From the NCBI GenBank assembly GCA_918797485.1, contig CAKKNE010000005.1:3906001-3970000 (forward strand): DNA of 64,000 nucleotides. Direction: 5' to 3'. Positions within the stretch are counted from its first letter, which is position 1, and each line of letters begins with the position of its first letter. This document shows, one piece after another, positions 1 to 9,326 of the stretch. Below the pieces are notes generated by a model. The model saw only the letters and a program-made list of their open reading frames with translations. It was not told where the DNA came from and ran no database searches. The position numbers and the translations under genes are program-made. The DNA comes from Pelagomonas calceolata (taxonomy: Eukaryota).

Positions 1-852
1 ACGCGCTTCGTCGTCTGGGCTGCCGGGGAGTTTCAGTATCCCTCGACCGGCGACATGCCCGGGGCGGAATTCTGCGTGCACAACTCGAAAGTGGAGTCCT
101 GGGCCGGCCTCCCGGGCGACGAGCGCGTGGTCATCGGCGGCTACGAGTCGGGGGTAGATGCGACCGTCAACCTGGCCCGGGCGGGCAAGAAGGTCACGGT
201 CCTCGCCTCAACCCCGACATGGAACGTCCAGACTCCTGACCCCTCCACGGAACTCGCGCCCTACACCGCGGAACGGCTTCGCGAGGTTACCGCTGAAGGT
301 TTTACTGGACCGACTCCGGAGCTCCTGGCGCCGCTGCGCGTGCTTCGCGTCGAGGAAGCGTCAGAAGGAGGTTACAACGTCGTCGCCGCGTGGAAGAAGC
401 AAGAGGCGCAGTTGCGACCGGAAGGATCGCTGCGGAGGCCGTTCGAAGGGGCCGCGCCGCCGGGCGCCGAGGGGAGCGAATTAGTCGTGCATACGGCCCA
501 GCCGCCCGTGCTCTGCACGGGGTTCGAGGGGAGCGTCGCCGCCATTGGGCGCGACCTGTTCGATCTGGCGGACGACTCGGGAAACGGCTGCCTCGCGGGC
601 GCGCCCCTGCTGACTGCGGAAGATGAGTCCACGAAAACTCCTGGGGTCTTCCTTGTCGGACCCACCGTCGTCCAGGGCGAGCTCAGCTTCTGCTTCGTCT
701 ACAAGTTCCGCCAGCGCTTCGGCATCGTCGCCGACGCAATTTCCAGGGGCCTGGGGCGCGACACGAAGGCCGCCGTCCAGGGCCTGCGCCAGGCGAACAT
801 GTACATGAACGACCTGTCGTGCTGCGAGAACACGTGCGGGGAGGTATGTTAA
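1..852 (+). CDS. FAD/NAD(P)-dependent oxidoreductase, Pyr_redox_3 (CzcO/YpdA-like), 5' part outside window
   Basis: Frame is open from base 1 (TRFVVWAAGEFQYP). Motifs VVIGGYESGVDA, ESTKTPGVFLVGP and FCFVYKFRQRF, plus Cys-rich tail DLSCCENTCGEVC. Confidence 0.85.
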   Translation, partial: TRFVVWAAGEFQYPSTGDMPGAEFCVHNSKVESWAGLPGDERVVIGGYESGVDATVNLARAGKKVTVLASTPTWNVQTPDPSTELAPYTAERLREVTAEGFTGPTPELLAPLRVLRVEEASEGGYNVVAAWKKQEAQLRPEGSLRRPFEGAAPPGAEGSELVVHTAQPPVLCTGFEGSVAAIGRDLFDLADDSGNGCLAGAPLLTAEDESTKTPGVFLVGPTVVQGELSFCFVYKFRQRFGIVADAISRGLGRDTKAAVQGLRQANMYMNDLSCCENTCGEVC

Positions 853-946
853 CTTGCTTTATATGTTGTACACCAATGAATATCACTCTACAATCTTATC
901 ACATTGGGGCTTCACGCACTTTCTCTCTTTCTTTCTTTCTTTTTCT

Positions 947-2210
947 TCATTGGATTGACGTGCCCTCGAGGAACCCATCCTTCGCGGACTGATCCCGGAT
1001 AGTGTCCGCCTCGCCCTCGCCGCACGCGACGGCGGCCAGGAACGCCTCGAGCGTTGGAGGGACGGCCTCGTCCGGCCTCGGCTCTAGATTCCACTCTGGT
1101 CTTCTTGCCACGAGCTTCCCGAGCTCCTCCGCCCGGGCCGCGTCCTCCTCTGGCGCTAGCTTGTAGAGGGCCTTCAGCGCGGGCGTCGAGTTCCGCGCGT
1201 GGGCGCACGTGTCGCCCGCGACGTACGTCACGCCGCACGACGGCCCCCCGTAGTACTCCCGCAGCCACCTACAAATAAATTTGCCCCCATCGTGGTGCGA
1301 GATGCCGTAGGGCCCGCGGTAGATGAAGAAGCCGTCCCGGGTCGGAAAAGGGTTCTTCGCCAGGCCCCACCATTTATTGTTCCGCTTCAGCTCGTCTTCG
1401 AGTATCATGGGGTGCCAAAACCTTCCATCCTTGTCGGTCCACCACTCGTCGCGCGCCATGTCCGGCGAGTGGAGCGCGTGCGAGAAGTAGCATCCTAATA
1501 ACCAGCCGGGGATCGACGCGATCATGTTCATGACGAAGGAGGGGCGTTTCGCGGACCACAACGCGTTAGTGCGCCGCGTCCGTGGGATACCCCGTCTTAT
1601 CTAGATCCGCTCGGTCGGCGGGGCCCAGGCGATCCGTGAAGGCGACGTCGAAGCGGTTGATGAGCACAGCTCTATAGGGAGACGCGTGCGACTCGGAGCC
1701 CCCGAAGTAGTTCTGCGACGCGAGTTTGATACTGTGCTTTTCAAGCAGCCGGAACGTCTCGACCATGGCCGTGCCCTGGCCGAGGTCGCGGCCGCCGCCG
1801 TGGCCCAATCCATGTAATTGCTTCGTGGCGACGACGCGGCCGCCGAAGGCCCTGATCAACAAATCCCAGAGCTCGGCGGATTTTGTCGCGTTGTGCGGTG
1901 ACGGGTCGTGCGCGACCAGGAACACGTCGACATCAAAACCGAGGTGCTCGAGGGGCAGAACCACGTTCCCCAGAACGCTATTTATCAGCGCGAGCTGCAT
2001 GTCCACGGCTCGTTGTGTTCCGACGTACGAATCCTTGTTCCTATAGTCAATACCGCTGAAGCCGCGGTAGCAGTGGCGGTTCAGCACGACGGCGTAGCGC
2101 TTCGCTTCGACCGGTTTTGCCTCCGTGACTTCTAGAAAGCTCCGGTTGCAGTACGCCGGCGCCGTGAACCCGCTTGTGGAAGTGATGAGGTATGCTACGA
2201 GCCACCGCAT
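947..2210 (-). CDS. Secreted/membrane-anchored hypothetical protein (possibly glycosyltransferase-like), split by an apparent frameshift near 1590
   Basis: Hydrophobic N-terminus MRWLVAYLITSTSG at 2210; AVLINRFDVAF strand. The ORF stops at 1566 while the adjacent frame continues to 947. Confidence 0.55.
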
Positions 2211-2549
2211 GGCTGCCCTCCGGTTCAGTGCGCAGCCGTCATGCGGGGCTGCCGGCGACTGTTTGCAGCTCGCAACCGCTGCACCATAAGTGCACGTGTA
2301 TCTGCTAAATGAGACGATGGCAATGGCATGAAAAAAATAAAATGAGAGCTTGGTGCGGGTGCCCGAGACGCCGTCGACGCGGCACGGAGGCCGTGCCCGG
2401 GGGGCGTCGCGGGACAGCTCGTCGTCGAGCAACACTCCCCTGACAATCACGCAGCGCTCGGACGGGACGCGCCCCCGGCACGCCGACGCAACAATGGGAA
2501 CCCCCGTCTTAATGGGGGAGGGGAGGGGGGGCGCGGCACCAGACGCCAA

Positions 2550-3761
2550 CTAGTCGGCGCCGCCGTCGACCTCGGCCTGGAGCTCCGACGTGACGGCATC
2601 CAAGGCCTCCTGGAAGTCCGCGTCGTCGCCGCCACCATGCGCCTTCTTCAGCCGCTTCCACGTGCTCAGGGCGCAGGCCGTCGCCGCGCCGGGCACGTCC
2701 CATCCTAAAGAAGTCCACGTGACATCAGACTCATCAGTAGCGCCCGACGCCTTCAACGCTTCACACAGGCTCAGCTTCTCCGACGCGGAATCGAGCTTCT
2801 TGGAAGGCGGCGCCGCGGGGCCCCGCAATTCCGCCCAGCGGCGGCGGCACTGGAGGCGCGACCGCGTCTTCACGGCCCGCGCCACATCAGAAAAGCTAAT
2901 GGTCTCGGGATCGACCTCCTTGCACACGGGCCGCCCGTTCTTCGACTTGCAGTTCCGCAATCTATTGTCCTCGTCGGCGCCCCAGTTGCCGGACTTGACC
3001 TCCTTCGCCTCCGAATGCGGTGTCCCTTTCGCGGGGACCTCTCCAAATAACGTGCGGTAGCGGTCGCGGCACGCGCCGGGCGTCCTATCAAACCCCTGGG
3101 CGATCTGCGTCCAGTCCGACGGGTTCTTGTCGAAGGCCTCCTTCAGCGCTTGCGACTCGCCCACCGTCCATCTCACGCCTTTTTGTTTGGCGCCCGAGTG
3201 GCCGTTGCGCTTGACGTGTCCTAGAATACTACGAGCGGATCGCTGCGGGAACTTCTCGGCGATGGACCGCCACGGGTTCTTGTCGCCGCGGCCCCAGTCG
3301 CTCTTCTCGACCATCTGCGACACCGTGACGCCCCGCGACTTCGCTTCATCTTCAGCAGCTTGCATGACTTCCGCGGACTCCGCCTTGGAGAACTTGCCGG
3401 TCCGTTCCGCCTGGCCGTCTTTCGAGACGGGCTTGACTTTCGGTTTCTTGGGCACGTACTCGGCCGGCGCGTCGTCGTCGTCATCTGCAGCGCCCTCCGC
3501 GCCGAGCGTCGCCTTCTTGCGCTTCTGCTTCTTGGGCGGCTTCTGCTGCTCGAGGCGGTTCATCTCCTCCTGGCAGACCTCCTTGATGGCCGCCTTCTTG
3601 GCGTCGAGCGAGCCCTCGGGCGCGCCTAGTATGGACTCGGCCGACTTGCGGACGGCCTTCTGCGAGGACTTGCCGTCGAGCTCGGCGATGGCCCGGAGGA
3701 CCGCGGCGCGCTCCGCCGTCGTGAGCTCGAGGTCGCTCTTCTTCTTGAGGCCCTTGGCCAT
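2550..3761 (-). CDS. Myb-repeat DNA-binding protein (DMTF1/TTF1/Reb1-like) with N-terminal DEK-C-like helical domain
   Basis: Myb-like repeats GKFSKAE...W..IA...P.RS, RWTVGESQAL...WTQIA...RTPGACRDRY and GNWGADED...TRSRLQCRRRW. Confidence 0.8.
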   Translation of the reverse strand: MAKGLKKKSDLELTTAERAAVLRAIAELDGKSSQKAVRKSAESILGAPEGSLDAKKAAIKEVCQEEMNRLEQQKPPKKQKRKKATLGAEGAADDDDDAPAEYVPKKPKVKPVSKDGQAERTGKFSKAESAEVMQAAEDEAKSRGVTVSQMVEKSDWGRGDKNPWRSIAEKFPQRSARSILGHVKRNGHSGAKQKGVRWTVGESQALKEAFDKNPSDWTQIAQGFDRTPGACRDRYRTLFGEVPAKGTPHSEAKEVKSGNWGADEDNRLRNCKSKNGRPVCKEVDPETISFSDVARAVKTRSRLQCRRRWAELRGPAAPPSKKLDSASEKLSLCEALKASGATDESDVTWTSLGWDVPGAATACALSTWKRLKKAHGGGDDADFQEALDAVTSELQAEVDGGAD

Positions 3762-4578
3762 CTTGGTTCTGCGCGGATTTCGTCGGGGTCGGTCGCGCGC
3801 GGCGCGGATGGGCGGAATTTTTTGGGTTTCGGGCGGGGCGGGGTCCTTAGGGCTGGGGCGCCAGCCTGCACTACTCAAAGGCTGGCAGGGCGGGCGTGCG
3901 GGGTGGCTCCCCGCCGCTCTCCCACGGGAACAGTGTTTTGTCAGCGAGAGCGCGTTCTCCGGCGCTGCTTTTTGCGCAGCCGCCGGGGCGCGGCCTTGAG
4001 GGGCCGTCGCAGCGCGCGAAGGCCGGGGGAGGCAGGGGCGGGTGACTTACGCTATTGAGAAGCGACAGACCCGCAATTTAGGCGTGCGGGGCGAAACCCC
4101 GACCATGTTTCTAGTGGGGCTAGTTAGCGTGAGCCGAACATCCCCACAACAAGGACCCGGGCCGCGGCTCAGGGCACCGGAAGGCCTGCCTGGACGGCCC
4201 CAGAGAACCCCAAGAGCCCTACTTGGGCTAGGCTGCCCTGGGTGGGCTTATGGCCGCCGCACTCCTGGGGAGCCAGCACCCCGGAGAATCCAGTCTCGGC
4301 ACGCCTCTTGACCCCTCGGAGAGCGGTGCCGCGCGAATATAGCGGGCCCTCTCCCACAGGCAGTGAGAGCGCGCATAGTCGCAAAGCGCCTCCAAACGCC
4401 GCGATTACAATGCGACTGCGCACACGACTTCGCCGCGGCGCGCCTCATTGCTGCGGCGCTCGCGGTCAGCGCTTTGATCCCACAAATGCTTGCTCCCCCA
4501 GCGCCAAAACAAGCCGCAGTCAAAGAAGGCTGGACAAGAATCGGCGCGCAACCGCAAAAATCTCACGCCGCCGCGCTC

Positions 4579-5797
4579 ATGTCCGACACGCCAGCCACGT
4601 TTGCACTCCTCCTTGGCCTTTTCGCCTTCTTCGCCGTCATACGAGTGAAGCGCTGGACGGGCGACACCGTCGGCGCGTCCGCCGAGTCCATCGAAGGCCG
4701 CCAGTACTGGCGGCTCCTCACGTCGAACCTCGCGCACGTCGACGCGACGCATTTTGTGTTTAATCTATCTACGGCATACTCGTTGGGGGGCGCCTTGGAA
4801 CGAAGGCACGGCTCCGCGGCGCTTTTATGGAGCACTGCAGCACTCGTCGTGTTCGTCGGACTCGTGGCCGCCAGCCTGACGCGGCACGCCGGCGGCGCGG
4901 TAGGGGCCTGGCACCTGGGCTTCTCGGGAGTGCTGTTCGCGTGGATCGTCGATGCTGCGCTAGCTGCACCACAATTCTGCCCCGTCGCGGACTGGTGCTT
5001 CTCGACGGTACGCTGGGGACCTCTCGCATTTAACGCCGGTCCACTTGTATACGCCCTCGGCCTCCAGCTCGTCGCGTCGGTGCTGTCTATCCCCCTCTCG
5101 CTGGCAGGCCACGTCGCCGGCGTCGTCTGCGGCGCGCCCTTCGCCGCGGGACTGCTCGACGGCGTCGCGGCGCCGGCCCTCGCGTTGGGAGTGCTTGCCT
5201 GCGTCGACTCCGCGCGCCATTGCCGACGCCCAGGTCCCCGCATCGCCTTGGTCGTCGCGGCGCTCGCGACTTTTCTACACGTGGAATCTTACCTCGCCGT
5301 CGCCGCGGCCGCGGCAAGCGTTGCGGCGTCACTGTCGCGCGAATGGTGTGCCCTCGGCCTCGCCTGTGGCGCGGCCTGCGTGGTGCTGACCTGTGCATAA
5401 ATCAACCAGTGAGTTCGAAGGCGCCGATGTTTTGATTTATGCACAGGTGCCGACGCTCGGACCCATCCAGGCCGGTGCCGGCCTCGTCGCCGCGCTCGCC
5501 GCCGACTGCGCCACCGATCCGATCTCGTTCCTTCTCGCCGGCGCCGCCGCGGCCCTCACGGCCATGACCTGGGCCACTCGGCTCGGATCGCTCGCCGGCG
5601 CCGCGTTGCTCGCCGGGGTGTCGTGCTCCGCCACTGCCGCGTGCGTCGCGGCCTGGCTCGCCGAGGACCTCCGCGCCGCCGCGGACGCGTCGACGCCCGG
5701 CTGGGCCGCGGTGAAGCGGTTCCTCGGGCCCCCCGACGGAGAAGTCGTGCTCCGCGACGGGCGCATCGTGAAGCGCGCCGCTGTTGTTGATGTGTAA
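4579..5797 (+). CDS. Rhomboid-family intramembrane protease (RHBDD1-like); exons 4579-5382 and 5447-5797; start codon uncertain
   Basis: QYWRLLTSNLAH..ATHFVFN, catalytic GFSG and GHVAG motifs. Removing intron 5383-5446 joins the two ORFs in frame (CV|VPTLGP). Confidence 0.85.
5383..5446 (+). mobile_element. Introner-type GT-AG intron: 56-bp MITE-like element (5391-5446) plus one TSD copy
   Basis: Perfect 15-bp TIR CTGTGCATAAATCAA / TTGATTTATGCACAG. 8-bp TSD GTGCTGAC (5383-5390) / GTGCCGAC (5447-5454). Donor GT is in the TSD, acceptor AG is the TIR end. Confidence 0.92.
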
Positions 5798-5882
5798 GTC
5801 TCTGCTGTAGTGTTCGTGACCGTCGGGACGGTGGACCAAGTGGTGGACCCACCCCCCTGAAATACGAATACAACACAGCTAA

Positions 5883-6671
5883 TTACGTATCCTCCTCCTC
5901 TTCATCGTCGAAGTCGAGGTCGTCGAGGTCGTCGTCGTCATCAAACAACTCCTCGTCGACGCCACCCTCTTCTTCCGGTTCCTCGATCGCAGGAGCCTTC
6001 CCCTTCAAAAACTGCTGCTTGCCCGTGAGCTTGACCTGGCCCTTCACATCCAAGTACACTGTTTCCACCACTCCTTCTTTGGGCTCCTTCAACACCTCAA
6101 CCCGAAAAGGCTCCCACCACGCCGCGAACGACTCCGGCGTCACCGCCGTGCCCAAGCGCAGCCGCTCCAGCCGTCGAGCTTCGGCCTCCTCCTCCAACCT
6201 TTGTTTCCGGGCCTCGTCGCTCTCCGGTCTATTGGAATCGGTCTCGTAGACCACAGCCTTCTTCTCCTTGCCCCCTTTCTCCCTTCGCATCATCGCGGCG
6301 TACGCCGACTCGTCATTCAAACCGGGCTCGTTGTGCTCGCCCAGCCAGTCTTTTACGGCGGATGCCACCTCAAACACGCAGACGCAGCCCGGCTCGAAAA
6401 GTTGAGAAGCTTCATCCAGAGCTGCCTCGAGTTCCTTCCTCATGGGACCACCCAACCCGCGCACCTCGGCTATCGAGAAGGACGGTGGCGTTGATGAGGG
6501 GTAGTCTTCCGGGCATGAACATTCTAACACACAGGCGACGTGCGCCTCGTCGGCCTCGGGTTCCAGCTCCAGGCGGTACGTCGCGCCGTCCATAGAATAG
6601 GACTCCATGAAGATCGCTTCCAATGCTTCGGCCTCCATGGCGCGCTCTTCCGCGTCGAGCTGGGCGCTCAT
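5883..6671 (-). CDS. RWDD1: RWD-domain protein (RWDD1/Gir2, DRG2 partner)
   Basis: EAEALEAIF, YPSSTPP RWD motif, GTAVTPESF..W, KLTGKQQF and acidic tail VDEELFDDDDDLDDL. Confidence 0.88.
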   Translation of the reverse strand: MSAQLDAEERAMEAEALEAIFMESYSMDGATYRLELEPEADEAHVACVLECSCPEDYPSSTPPSFSIAEVRGLGGPMRKELEAALDEASQLFEPGCVCVFEVASAVKDWLGEHNEPGLNDESAYAAMMRREKGGKEKKAVVYETDSNRPESDEARKQRLEEEAEARRLERLRLGTAVTPESFAAWWEPFRVEVLKEPKEGVVETVYLDVKGQVKLTGKQQFLKGKAPAIEEPEEEGGVDEELFDDDDDLDDLDFDDEEEEDT

Positions 6672-6886
6672 GATGGTATTTTTTCAAGCGTGTCGCGTCG
6701 ATGGCGTGAGCTGTGTTGCCTCGCCTGCTCTCACAGCTGTAGTTGTGGGTTGCACGGCGGAACCAGCCAGCCTCGTTGCAGCGGCGTGGGTAGAGGTTGC
6801 TGTGCTGCAACCGAAAAACCCCGTAATGCGCCGGCAAAGCGTCCAACAGGCTTTTGTCGTTTCGAGGCAATGTCGAGGCGAGCCCA

Positions 6887-6909
6887 GCTAGCGGCCGTAA
6901 GACACTAGC
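6887..6909 (-). promoter_or_regulatory. CTAG-N13-CTAG upstream element
   Basis: Minus strand GCTAGTGTCTTACGGCCGCTAGC, 216 bp upstream of ATG 6671. Confidence 0.7.
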
Positions 6910-7535
6910 CTCAACTCGGCACAGCATGCAGCCGTTTGAGCATCCTTCAGTTCGCTAATGGTCCAAAGAGATCAATGGGACACTTACTGGGGGCCGAGAA
7001 AATAATTTTTTTAATTCACGATATTGACGGTCCCGCCATGACGGCCGTGCCGGTGGAAACCTGTCAATCCGTGGTCCTGAGGACTCCCTGGGGTCGTCCA
7101 GGGTCGGTACTATACACGTGCAATCGCCTACGCCGCATGTGCGGGCGCTTCCATCGTAGATACATATCAGTACAGGTCCTCAGCCAATTTTCGGGCCAGA
7201 GCCCAAGTCCCCCAGGTTTTCGACCCAGAGCTCTCTGGAGAGCCCCAAGCACCGGTGCATGCGGCGTCGGCGACTACCCGACCTTAGACCTATCCCGGAG
7301 GCCTCCAGGAGCCGATCTGCCCCCGAAAAAAGTGTGCAATTTGGACCCGATGGCGCCCCGTTCCCGTCAAAAACGTCAATTACCCGACGGCCTCCAGTAG
7401 TCGCCGTAGCGGTCTCGTTGGACCCCATACTACCCCAGCGATAGTCAACTACAAGTATATGACATCTACATTATAAGAAGGGTACTTTTGGCTGCCCACG
7501 CTCGGGACGTGAACATCTTGATCTGGAGCTCGCGT

Positions 7536-7909
7536 AAGTCAATCGATCATGAAACAAATGATCGCGTTATGGTCCATGGTAATGATAGACGGGCTGATGG
7601 TCGCAGGTCCGGGTCTGGAGCCAAATCTAGCCAGATCGTGGGCTCGCGAGACCGAGGACCCGCGCCGAGCATCTTGGGGTCGCGGAGCAATGTAGTACAC
7701 GCTCAGGCCGTTTAGCTGGCCCGTCCCACTACTAAAGCGCCTGAAATGCAAATTTATTATACAAAGTACCGGTCTGGATCCTTTCCAGTGCCCCGCGTAC
7801 GCACCGTCGCCCGCGGAGAACGGGCAAGTCGGTCGATCGTGAATAGAACAACGGCGTTATGATCCATGTATATAGTGACGTCGCTGATACTCGCGGGTTC
7901 AGCATCTGG
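7536..7909. repeat. Degenerate ~80-bp direct repeat pair (7536-7618 and 7826-7909) in an AT-richer, gene-free 1.4-kb block
   Basis: aagtcaatcgatcatgaa...cgttatggtccatg...gctgatggtcgcagg versus aagtcggtcgatcgtgaa...cgttatgatccatg...gctgatactcgcggg. Confidence 0.65.
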
Positions 7910-8363
7910 TCTCGTTTTTGTAGAAACGCTGGGTCACGAAGTCTCCGTTTCGGGCGGCCCTAACGGGTCACTTGATATAACTCAGTCACGCCGAGGCGAT
8001 TAAGCTGGACTCTACCACTAACAAACGGAAGGAAACGAACATAAACTCGGGAGTTGTCTCGTAGAATTCTTTTCCCGCCCTCCGAGCGCGGGCCGTCGGC
8101 TCCGGTTCCGTCGAATGTGTATGAAAACTGGGCTGGAGTTGATATAATGTACCATTTGGACGGTAAAAGGCGGCGTCAATCGCTGGTGTACTTTGGCATG
8201 TCTTAAGACTCATCCGCGAATGTCGCGGGCGGTGCCTTCCGGGAGGCGCGAGGGTATGTTCCCAGGCCGCTACTCTGAAATATTTGGCCTCGGCGAACGA
8301 CCGAGATGTATTTTGAATTTGAATCATTCTTTTGACGCTATCGAGGCGTATCTTTTGAATTTC

Positions 8364-8385
8364 CTAGTATGTCGATTACGCTAGC
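8364..8385 (+). promoter_or_regulatory. CTAG-N13-CTAG upstream element
   Basis: CTAGTATGTCGATTACGCTAGC, 178 bp before ATG 8563. Confidence 0.6.
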
Positions 8386-8562
8386 CCCGCTCACCAGCTC
8401 CGGGAGAGGCTTGACTGGTTGCATTTGACTGCTAGTAGGTGCGGTTTTATATCGTATCGCTACGGCATCGCTCGTAAATTGAGCTATGCGGAACCAAGCG
8501 ACCGCACCATAGCAATTTTAGAGCTTTGCGCAAAGCAATCTGCAGGCTGACAGCTAGCACTA

Positions 8563-9234
8563 ATGTACGCCGCCCGCGCGCGCGTCGGTGCGGCTGCCAT
8601 GGCGACCGTCGCAACGCCCGCGGCGGCGTCCTGCTTCTTCGGCAGGGCGCAGCCGAAGCCGCACGAGGGCCCTGTCACGACCGCGTCGGCGCTCGTGAGC
8701 GCGCGCTCCATCCTGGACGCCGCAGGCATCGGGTTCGTCTGCACCAGATCGTCAGACGGCGCCCCTTGCTGCCGCGTAATGGACGTCAGGCGGCTCGACG
8801 ACACACGGCTGTCCTTTTCGCTCGTGACGCGGACCTGCACGAGAAAGGCGGCGCAGTTCGCCGCCGATTCGCGCGTCACTCTAGCTTTTCACGACCCGCG
8901 GGCGGCCGGCGAGAACGGCTACGTGGCACTCTCGGGGCGCGTCCGCGAGGTCGTTGAAAAGGACGCGCGGCGGGCTGTCTGGAAGGACTCGTGGACGCTG
9001 TTCCACACGGCGCCCGAGGTCCTGCCGCCGGACAGCGACGTCCTCGTCTACGTCTTCGAGCCCGACCGCCTGGAGCTGGTCGACAACGAGCGGTGGCTCC
9101 GCGGCGACTGGCGGCCCGTGACGCTCGTCCGGACCCGCGACGACTGGGAGCCGGCGCCGGCACCGCCACGGGCGGCGCGGGTCGCGGCGACCGCCGCGGC
9201 GCGCCGATCCGCGGCGCCCCCGCCAAGTATGTAA
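8563..9234 (+). CDS. Pyridoxamine 5'-phosphate oxidase-like FMN-binding split-barrel protein (general stress protein 26-like)
   Basis: DGAPCCRVM, TRTCTRKAAQFAADSRVTLAF, GYVALSGRV, WKDSW and FEPDRLELV. Confidence 0.8.
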   Translation: MYAARARVGAAAMATVATPAAASCFFGRAQPKPHEGPVTTASALVSARSILDAAGIGFVCTRSSDGAPCCRVMDVRRLDDTRLSFSLVTRTCTRKAAQFAADSRVTLAFHDPRAAGENGYVALSGRVREVVEKDARRAVWKDSWTLFHTAPEVLPPDSDVLVYVFEPDRLELVDNERWLRGDWRPVTLVRTRDDWEPAPAPPRAARVAATAAARRSAAPPPSM

Positions 9235-9326
9235 TAAATTGTCAAGTCCCGCCCAGGAAATTTACCCGGAGCCTGTATATTTCGATAGTCGAAAGAAAGG
9301 ACCTCTTAAGGAAGGGGGAGAACGCA

